From the IMG/VR virus record IMGVR_UViG_3300020048_000022: 64,000 nucleotides of DNA, one strand, 5' to 3'. The translations under genes and the position numbers were made by a program. The notes below the pieces were generated by a model, which saw only the letters and a program-made list of their open reading frames with translations, did no database searches and was not told the origin of the DNA. The DNA comes from an uncultured virus (IMG/VR IMGVR_UViG_3300020048_000022). Its lineage: Duplodnaviria; Heunggongvirae; Uroviricota; Caudoviricetes. This document shows positions 40,096-47,649 of this stretch, one piece after another (position 1 is the stretch's first letter; each line of letters opens with the position of its first letter).

Positions 40096-40401
40096 TTAAT
40101 AGAAAAATCTTTTAACCGACGTGTCACTGTAACCCTTGAACTTCCAATCTAAAGCGATTCGCTCAATACCTACACTCTCGCAAAAGAGTGTGAATAGATA
40201 GTTGTCATTGTCTTTCGGATTAAGAAAGAATATCACATCGACATCACCGGTCTTTTCTTTAAACGCCTCTCCAGCATATTCAATCTCGCAAGAGAAACTT
40301 GTTGAGACGAATTGTTCGAATGATTCGATTGAAGTTATCGGACCTGCTTTAGGCCAGATAAACATCTGTCTCCTTATCGCCCATGTGTTTTTTCCTTGCA
40401 T
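40096..40401 (-). CDS. hypothetical protein
   Basis: Own promoter. Confidence 0.7.
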   Translation of the reverse strand: MQGKNTWAIRRQMFIWPKAGPITSIESFEQFVSTSFSCEIEYAGEAFKEKTGDVDVIFFLNPKDNDNYLFTLFCESVGIERIALDWKFKGYSDTSVKRFFY

Positions 40402-40595
40402 ATTGAATTAATTGGTTAAGACAAATATATGGATTTTTCTACAATATAAAAAATGATTTCCAAAAAAATCTAGTCCGCGTTTTTCACCGCAGTGCGCCTG
40501 AGGATCCCCAGGGAATTTGGGATGGCCTAAAAAAGTTTAGGGCAAAAGAAAGGGCTCAGATTTCTCTGAGCCCCGTGTTTTAAACCAATTAAACA

Positions 40596-41015
40596 CTAAA
40601 CGTCTTTTTCCACACCGTTTAATATATCAACAACTGATTTAATCGTTTCATCAACAACCTTCCATTCATTGTCTCTTGTGAACACATATCCGTATTCTTC
40701 ATAGTCGGACTTAGCGTAAGCTTCGATTGATTCATCAATTCTAGCTTCTTGAAGTGCCTCACCTCGGTCTCTGTGATAAGCGATTGTGACATCTTCTTGT
40801 GGTGACTCAAACGAGTGTGTCCCACTAGTATTAACGAGATTCTTTCTTAAGGAACTAATTGACCCTAAAGAGATTAACGCTTCAACATTCTCACGGTCTG
40901 AGTAATGCTTAACTAGTAAGTCACCGTTATGAGAAGGGTATCCATCCCAGTGACAATAAACTGAAGAGACTGAGCCATCTTCGTTTTCAATTCCGATTCT
41001 TGATCTTGTTGCCAT
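40596..41015 (-). CDS. conserved phage hypothetical protein
   Basis: MATRSRIG, YCHWDGYP..NG..L, AYHRDRGE, EYGY.F. Confidence 0.8.
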   Translation of the reverse strand: MATRSRIGIENEDGSVSSVYCHWDGYPSHNGDLLVKHYSDRENVEALISLGSISSLRKNLVNTSGTHSFESPQEDVTIAYHRDRGEALQEARIDESIEAYAKSDYEEYGYVFTRDNEWKVVDETIKSVVDILNGVEKDV

Positions 41016-41077
41016 ATCTTTTTTTTAATTGGTTTACTTAGCAAATATAGAAAATTCCATTTGAATAAAAAAATGAT

Positions 41078-41434
41078 TTATTTCCAATCTTCCCATTCGT
41101 CTTCTTCTTCCTCTTCTTCCTCTCCGTCATCATCATCAAAAAGAGGTAGCTCATTTTTCAATCTTTGACCGTTATGTCCTCCGTTTGGATCATCATAGTC
41201 ATAGTCACTGGTTACTTCATATTTATTAATCAATTGGACGTTACACCATCTCTGTGCCCACTCCGCAATATACTCTTCTTTATAGTAATTGATTGCATCC
41301 TCTTCGGTCTCTGAGTCATCCTCACCTAAGTATTCATTAATGTTCTCTTGTGTGATTACGAATTCCTCCATTAGAACTCCACCCGGTAAATACTCCTTCG
41401 GTCCAGTAATAATTGCTTTATATTTTCTTTCCAT
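41078..41434 (-). CDS. acidic hypothetical protein
   Basis: Very Asp/Glu-rich. Confidence 0.7.
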   Translation of the reverse strand: MERKYKAIITGPKEYLPGGVLMEEFVITQENINEYLGEDDSETEEDAINYYKEEYIAEWAQRWCNVQLINKYEVTSDYDYDDPNGGHNGQRLKNELPLFDDDDGEEEEEEEDEWEDWK

Positions 41435-41435
41435 A

Positions 41436-41813
41436 TTACTTATTTTTCACAATTTCAATTAACTTTTTAAGACATTCAAGTTCTGCTTCTTCACTTGTAA
41501 GATATTCATAACCTCCATATCTAATTCTTTTACCATCTTCTAAGTATAGGTAAATAGAAAATTTATACCATACTTTATCTTCTGCACGTTGTGAAATACC
41601 TTCTAACCCATAGTTCTCTCTAAAGAATCTAAATGCTTGTGAGAATGTTGGTGCCTTAAAATGAGTATCGTGTTTACATAATCTTTCACAAACTTCACTA
41701 GATATAGTATCTAGTTCCATTTTAATTACATCATAGTACGCAAAACAAGGTTCATCAAATCCTATTTTTTTTAACTCTAATGCTTGTTCGTAGGGTAAAA
41801 ATTCTTTTTCCAT
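41436..41813 (-). CDS. conserved phage hypothetical protein
   Basis: EF.PYEQAL.LK..GFDEPCF, APT.SQAFRFFRE, EEAELECLKKLIEI. Confidence 0.8.
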   Translation of the reverse strand: MEKEFLPYEQALELKKIGFDEPCFAYYDVIKMELDTISSEVCERLCKHDTHFKAPTFSQAFRFFRENYGLEGISQRAEDKVWYKFSIYLYLEDGKRIRYGGYEYLTSEEAELECLKKLIEIVKNK

Positions 41814-41817
41814 ATCT

Positions 41818-42039
41818 TTATTCTTCAGGTAACAAATGACAGAAAGTCGCTCTTCCTGTTCTCTTAACTACATCAGCATCGAATGAAGCATACTCCATCT
41901 CAGTGGCTTTCTTAAAAGGTAACTCTTGATCTAAGAACGAATCAACAATCATCTTCTCCTCATCTGATCCTCTATCGACTGCTATAACTCCTATTATCTT
42001 ACCCCTTGCATTTTCGATTTTTATGAAATTAATATCCAT
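41818..42039 (-). CDS. hypothetical protein
   Basis: Own promoter. Confidence 0.7.
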   Translation of the reverse strand: MDINFIKIENARGKIIGVIAVDRGSDEEKMIVDSFLDQELPFKKATEMEYASFDADVVKRTGRATFCHLLPEE

Positions 42040-42225
42040 GACTGAATCTTTAATTGGTTAAGCTAATATATAGAATCTTCTACAAAATAAAAAATGATTT
42101 CCAAGAAAGTTTTAAGTATCCGGTTTCGGGGGTTCCTCAGGAAGTGTGCGGAAGTGCTACGAAAAAAGCCCAACAAAAAAGCCCGAGATAATTCTCAGGC
42201 TTTTTTTATATAATGATGGAAGTCG

Positions 42226-42657
42226 CTATTGAATAGCTTCCTTCTCCTTGATTTCAAGAATGTCCTCTAAGATCGAATCCAGAGTGCGATCATTTTTGGT
42301 TTTAATTCTTTCTTGAATTCGATTGGCTCTTTCGTTAAGCACACTATTAATACGTGTCTTAAGCTGTGCGCGAACCTTATCATTGAAATGTAAATAATAC
42401 TGAAACTTACCGTTGATTATCTCAAGATCATTTCCGTCAAGTATAAGGTAAATATCTCCAATAACAATATAAATAACGTCACTTTCCCAGTGTGCGGCAA
42501 TCTCTACGTCCTTAATAGAAATAGCTTTTTCAAATATTTTGATTCCTCTCTTCTGATTCTCCGATAGAGTCTGATTAGGAAAAAACTTATCACCCACAGA
42601 GTTAGTGCGTTTTAGAAATCTAAGCCATTGTACTCGGATGTTTCTTTTGATACTCAT
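42226..42657 (-). CDS. hypothetical protein (predicted sRNA target)
   Basis: 143-aa ORF downstream of the WYL_2-like gene. Confidence 0.75.
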   Translation of the reverse strand: MSIKRNIRVQWLRFLKRTNSVGDKFFPNQTLSENQKRGIKIFEKAISIKDVEIAAHWESDVIYIVIGDIYLILDGNDLEIINGKFQYYLHFNDKVRAQLKTRINSVLNERANRIQERIKTKNDRTLDSILEDILEIKEKEAIQ

Positions 42658-42674
42658 ATTTAGGTTGTTATTGG

Positions 42675-42920
42675 TTACTTAATTATCTTAACCTTCTCTA
42701 CCGTCTCAGCAATCGCTCTCCACTCATTAAGGTCTAAGTCGAAATAGGGAGTTCCTAAATGAGCTTTGTTGTCCCCTTTCGGATGCCATTCTTCTGGTAT
42801 TAAATCCAAACGAGTCGTACCATATGCAGCTCTCTTTGAACCATCAACTTTTTCGAACTCAAATCTGACCTCTCCTTTAGCTAATCGTTTCTCTAAGACA
42901 CTTCTTTTAATCTTTCCCAT
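42675..42920 (-). CDS. WYL_2/DUF2693-like Sm-like SH3 beta-barrel protein (second copy)
   Basis: V.F.F.KVDGS.R.A.GT, IP...HPKG, YFDLD..EWR. Confidence 0.8.
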   Translation of the reverse strand: MGKIKRSVLEKRLAKGEVRFEFEKVDGSKRAAYGTTRLDLIPEEWHPKGDNKAHLGTPYFDLDLNEWRAIAETVEKVKIIK

Positions 42921-43061
42921 ATGATATTATAGTCGTTTGAACTGGTTTTGTTTCTTATCTCAAATATAAATAGATTTTTCTAATTAAAAAAATGATTTCA
43001 CAATAAACCCCAGGGACCATAGAACAAAGCAGAAATCTATTGTCGCCCGGGGCTTCGTCTA

Positions 43062-44021
43062 TTAGTCCTTCTTCGGACTTCTAAACAGTGTATCAAGTAT
43101 TTCCATTCTTCTTATTAAATCCGAATCGTCCAGCGGAAGTACCTCAGATGAATCTGTCGTTTCATCTACGTCCTCTTGACCCTCCAAATCATAACTCACA
43201 TCGCCAGTTGATGAAAGGTCGAATTGCATTTTTATATTGACCTCTCCCCTTCGGTTCTTAGTGAACATCGCATAGCGTGTCCCGTCCTTATCGAACCTAA
43301 GCTCCATCATACCTGTCGTATTGTGCTTGAGTTTATTTGATCCGAGAAACACTCCCTCTTTTGTGACCTGTTGGATACACAAGAAGCTCGTCCATTTGTT
43401 ACCTTCGTTATTAGCCATGTTGTGGTGACGCATAAGATCGACCAACCATTTTTCCGCCTTCTTACCACTCATCGCACTGGCTTCAGCAACCGTGTCTTGA
43501 ACCTCAACAAATGAATCGATCAGTACCACATCGTAACCTCGATTCAACATAGTCTCAATAATCGATTTGGGATTTTCATCTACGTACTCGCCAAGAAATA
43601 GAATGTCAAGATTTCCAAACTTAGGGTAACGCTTTACGTATCTGTAAAGATCCACTCGGTCCATCTCACCAGATATGAAAAGTACCGAAGCTCCGTTATT
43701 CTGTAAGTCTGCTAGAATATCCATTGACACTGTGCTCTTACCGACACCAGGATCACCGACCAGTATAAAATTGGTGGCTTTAGGAAAACCACCTTCGGTA
43801 CTTAATAATTTATCGATTGGTTTGTGCGTCTTAAGACACTTAAATAAATCAGGGTCGAATGTGAGCTCGTTCATCTTCACACTCTCTGGCTCAACCCCTA
43901 TCGCCTTAGCCGCTTCTGAGATTGTGGACTTAGCTAATCGCTTAGCCTCAAAACTCTTACGAACACCCTCTGCGATACGTGCTTTAGCTTCTTCGGACAT
44001 TGGTGTTCTTGGTGCGTTCAT
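43062..44021 (-). CDS. RadA/Sms-like RecA-family ATPase lacking the Zn-finger and Lon-like domains
   Basis: Walker A GDPGVGKST, LFISGEM, VLIDS, QVTKEG, KNRRG (compare RadA KNRFG). Confidence 0.8.
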   Translation of the reverse strand: MNAPRTPMSEEAKARIAEGVRKSFEAKRLAKSTISEAAKAIGVEPESVKMNELTFDPDLFKCLKTHKPIDKLLSTEGGFPKATNFILVGDPGVGKSTVSMDILADLQNNGASVLFISGEMDRVDLYRYVKRYPKFGNLDILFLGEYVDENPKSIIETMLNRGYDVVLIDSFVEVQDTVAEASAMSGKKAEKWLVDLMRHHNMANNEGNKWTSFLCIQQVTKEGVFLGSNKLKHNTTGMMELRFDKDGTRYAMFTKNRRGEVNIKMQFDLSSTGDVSYDLEGQEDVDETTDSSEVLPLDDSDLIRRMEILDTLFRSPKKD

Positions 44022-44072
44022 TTTATGAGATTTGAGATAAAAATAATCAATCGGTTCTGAAATAAAAAATGA

Positions 44073-44948
44073 TTATTCTTCGTTTACCGCAATGGTGTTC
44101 TTAATGCGCTCTGCAAATTCGTAATTCTCGTCTTCAACCGCCATATGCTCCATCACCTCTAGAACCACTTTCGGAAAATCTCCTAGTACGCCTTTTCCAT
44201 ACACATAGCGTATTGAATTAATCTCGTAATCTTCTAACTCCCCAGCGCTCTCAGCTTCAATCTCGTATAAACGGTCTGTGTACCATTCAGGTGAACCTTG
44301 AATATCTGCAGCTAATTCATAAGCCTCATCCGAACCACCCTCTGGGGTATTCTCTTCGACTAAGTCTCCTGCTTGAAATGTGTACTCGCCAACATTGTGA
44401 CCAAAATCCTCATCCGCATATCTCATACTAATAACTGCTTCCGGATACTTACGGCTTAAAGCCTCTATTACAGGATAAGGTGTACCCCACGCGGTTTCAA
44501 ATGAGATCTCGTTACTTCCTTCATCGGAGTTCTGAGAGTAAGCGTTCCATTTTGTACCCCAGTTGGCAGTGCTCCATGAATACCAATCTTGGTGTCCGTA
44601 TAATCTCACGTTATCTAAAGCCTGCTGAGCCTCTTCTAAATTAGCCGTGCCCTTCTCTAGCATATATGTGATTAATGCTTCCTCAGACTCAAACTCAGTC
44701 GCCCAATTGAACCCCATTATCTTTCTGATATCAGAAGGGTCACCTGCACGGTACTTTAATATAGCGATACCATTACTTGTGGAACTTCCGCTTGTGATAT
44801 TCAATGTGCCAGGACGAGGTAGGATCTTATTAAAATCAATGTGCATCGGCTCTCCGTCATCGTATGAGCCAGCGATTTCTGATTTAATCTTAGCGACTAA
44901 TTCTTCCGGTCCTGTGATTGTTAAAATGTTCGTTACGTGATTTGGCAT
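44073..44948 (-). CDS. YubB/DUF1281-like protein with C-terminal UVR-like motif
   Basis: MPNHV.N.L, WY.W...NWGTKWNA, FETAW..P, LS.KYP; AVEDENYE.A..IKN. Confidence 0.75.
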   Translation of the reverse strand: MPNHVTNILTITGPEELVAKIKSEIAGSYDDGEPMHIDFNKILPRPGTLNITSGSSTSNGIAILKYRAGDPSDIRKIMGFNWATEFESEEALITYMLEKGTANLEEAQQALDNVRLYGHQDWYSWSTANWGTKWNAYSQNSDEGSNEISFETAWGTPYPVIEALSRKYPEAVISMRYADEDFGHNVGEYTFQAGDLVEENTPEGGSDEAYELAADIQGSPEWYTDRLYEIEAESAGELEDYEINSIRYVYGKGVLGDFPKVVLEVMEHMAVEDENYEFAERIKNTIAVNEE

Positions 44949-45008
44949 TTTCTTTTTATTAATTGGTTAATGCAAATATAGAAAAATCTATTTAATTAAA
45001 AAAATGAT

Positions 45009-45533
45009 TTATGACATTTTTGTATCATAGCGATTAATCAATTTCAGAATCGCTTCTTGGTGTTTGTATTCGTACACACTCATAAGGGCTAACCAATAGA
45101 TTTGTTCCACCTTGCCTAATACGATAACATCAGGTGTAGCGAAAGGCATTCGATCTGCTGCCACTTGTTGAAGGGATCTTAATTGACCGATACCAACTTG
45201 AAGTTTCATATGACCTTCAGGATCCACCCCGTCTAATATGCGGCTCATAGCAATTCCTGTTTTCGATTCGACCTCATCGATATCAACTCCGAAGAATTCT
45301 CCTGATCCTAATTGTCCGCCCATATCCTGATACATCTTATTGTGTATCCGAGCCATGTCCTCATACACATTCTGAACATCGTTCCAGAATAAATCGAATC
45401 TCTTCTCACTGCGGTCTAACATATCACCTGCACCATCGAGTATACATGCCATACGCTTACTCTTATCATTACCACGTGCAAGATCATCAACGATACCTCT
45501 TAAAGACGCAATTAAAATAGCCTTTGATTTCAT
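45009..45533 (-). CDS. hypothetical protein
   Basis: Own promoter. Confidence 0.75.
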   Translation of the reverse strand: MKSKAILIASLRGIVDDLARGNDKSKRMACILDGAGDMLDRSEKRFDLFWNDVQNVYEDMARIHNKMYQDMGGQLGSGEFFGVDIDEVESKTGIAMSRILDGVDPEGHMKLQVGIGQLRSLQQVAADRMPFATPDVIVLGKVEQIYWLALMSVYEYKHQEAILKLINRYDTKMS

Positions 45534-45805
45534 AGTTTCCCCCTTTTGTTTATTAATTTATAGATCAAATATAAGGAATTATCTCTGAGAAAAAAAATGA
45601 TTTCTAGAAATTTCTATTAATCCGATGCGGAATCCGAGCGGCTCGCACTACGGAATCCGAGCGGAATCCGACACTCGAATCTCTCTCTGGGGTTCCCCAA
45701 GAATTCTGCGGATGCAATGCAGAGAAAATCCGGATGTGGCTGCGGATTAATCACGGGGGTTCCACAGGCGCCATCGATTCGTATAGAATTTTCTACAAAT
45801 GTCCG

Positions 45806-45890
45806 CACAAAAAAACCGAGACGAATCCCGGTTTTTTTCTAACCAATATAAACCTAAATAGTATGAGCGAAACCTGAGTGGAGTTTCACA
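45806..45890 (-). ncRNA. candidate small regulatory RNA (ORF-less promoter-terminator unit)
   Basis: Promoter variant 45894-45925, 5' hairpin GTGAAAC/GTTTCGC, terminator CCGGGA-TTCG-TCTCGG-T-run, no AUG-initiated ORF. Confidence 0.6.
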
Positions 45891-45946
45891 CCGCAAATAT
45901 AAGCGGTCTTTCACTAATAAAAAAATTTAATTCGGATAAATACACT

Positions 45947-46372
45947 ATGCGCACAATCAAACTATACGAGAATTTCGGACAAGATCGGATCGCCTTCTCA
46001 AATAAAATAGGCAGAGAGAACACACACCTTGACCTCTATGACGAACCAATGGATATGAAATTCGCCACAGTAAGAGATGGTGTTGTTAATTGGGATCTAG
46101 AACTCAGACAGAGAGAGTGGGGATTAGAGCTAGGCGGAACCCCAGCAACTATCACATCTATCAGATTTGATTACGAGGTAGACGACGAAGAGACCGGTGA
46201 TGCTATAGAGAAAGAGTGGGAGATCGGAGAAGGCACATTCTCTAATGAGCAATTCGAGACAGAGATTAACTCATTCCCTCTATACCTAGAAGCTATTGAA
46301 ATCAAAATGAACCACACCAAAGATCCCAAATTCTGGAAGATCAAATTGTATTTAGGTAAGAACGAATACTAA
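45947..46372 (+). CDS. hypothetical protein, MRTIKLYENF N-terminus
   Basis: Start reassigned after GATAAATA. Confidence 0.75.
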   Translation: MRTIKLYENFGQDRIAFSNKIGRENTHLDLYDEPMDMKFATVRDGVVNWDLELRQREWGLELGGTPATITSIRFDYEVDDEETGDAIEKEWEIGEGTFSNEQFETEINSFPLYLEAIEIKMNHTKDPKFWKIKLYLGKNEY

Positions 46373-46504
46373 TCCAGAGAATTTTCTAAACACTATTCCC
46401 TACACACGCACGTGAATACACGCATCCGCGCGGGGTCCCTCCCAGGTCTCCTCCCACAAAAAACCCCAGAGCTAAATCCAGGGTTATTGTAAGAAGCGAT
46501 AAAA

Positions 46505-47167
46505 TTATTTACTCATCTTAACCTCAGTGCCATTAGCAGTCACATTCACAGTGATGTTAACACCGTAGTCCTTAACGATCTGAGCAAGCTGAATCAACTC
46601 GATTGAATTGTTAACCGATGCTGGAGTAGCAACTGGAGCAGCTACGGGAGCAGTGTGTTCTTTCACTTCCTCAACCACATCTTCTATTACCTCTGGAGAT
46701 TCTAGTACATGAGTCATTGGCTTACGTACTCTTTTGATTCCTTTACCAAGAGTGAATCTTGTCTCAGGATCATTAAAGAATCCCTCATCGATCAATTGAC
46801 ACTTACGACAGTAGATAGAAGGAGCAGTGCGTCCTAGAAGCTCAACAGTCTCTTTCACAGTCATCTTACTAAGTACAGCATCTCTTAACATCTCATCTTC
46901 TTCTTGAGTCCATCTCTGATTCGAATTAGGAGTTGCAGAACTCACTGTTGATGTACGTACCTTACGTCCATTAATAGTACTAGGAGTCTTAACCGAACCA
47001 TCAGCTAAGTAACGTGTACCTCTTGGTCTCACTTTGGAACCTAGGATTCTTCGTAGAGTCTCAGGGTTGATTCCGTGCTTACTAGCAACATCTCTTAATG
47101 TTCCGTTGTTGTGCACATAATCTTTTGTTGCTGCAGCCTTGACTGCCTTTGAAATTACTCTTGCCAT
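46505..47167 (-). CDS. DNA-binding protein with HTH and Myb-like domains
   Basis: TLRDVASKHGINPETLRRIL; RWTQEEDEML...LGRT..SI. Confidence 0.7.
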   Translation of the reverse strand: MARVISKAVKAAATKDYVHNNGTLRDVASKHGINPETLRRILGSKVRPRGTRYLADGSVKTPSTINGRKVRTSTVSSATPNSNQRWTQEEDEMLRDAVLSKMTVKETVELLGRTAPSIYCRKCQLIDEGFFNDPETRFTLGKGIKRVRKPMTHVLESPEVIEDVVEEVKEHTAPVAAPVATPASVNNSIELIQLAQIVKDYGVNITVNVTANGTEVKMSK

Positions 47168-47188
47168 TATTTATTTAGATTTAAAAAG

Positions 47189-47572
47189 TTACAGATCTTC
47201 AACAAAGAACATAGCCATAGTGATGCGCTTACCATTAGCTCGTGCTATCTGACGAGCCGCAGATGACATATCCTTAGCTTGCTCTCTTGTGATTGTTTGT
47301 GGTGTATCAACCTGAGTGACACCAGTAGGTATTTTAACCTCTTTACCCTTTGAGTTCTTTATCTTGGGAGACTTTACCTCAACCTTAATCTTCTTAGTCT
47401 TAGTTAATCCCATTTGCGATTTCTGATAGATCACAGCCGCTGGAGTGCGTCCTAGTGCATCAGAGATTTCTTTAATTGCCTTTCCCTCTTTGGTCATGGT
47501 CTTAAGAGACTTCCGATCTTGTTTAGTCCATTTTGACATATTGCGGGACGGGGTCGTAGTTTTGATTTCCAT
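47189..47572 (-). CDS. Myb/GcrA-like HTH protein
   Basis: KWT..D...L......G..IKEISDALGRT..AV......MGL. Confidence 0.7.
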   Translation of the reverse strand: MEIKTTTPSRNMSKWTKQDRKSLKTMTKEGKAIKEISDALGRTPAAVIYQKSQMGLTKTKKIKVEVKSPKIKNSKGKEVKIPTGVTQVDTPQTITREQAKDMSSAARQIARANGKRITMAMFFVEDL

Positions 47573-47649
47573 TTTTATTCAGATTTTATTTATTTGATTT
47601 TATTTGTTATTGCAAATATAGAGACTTCTATTAAAAGAAAAAAAGGATT

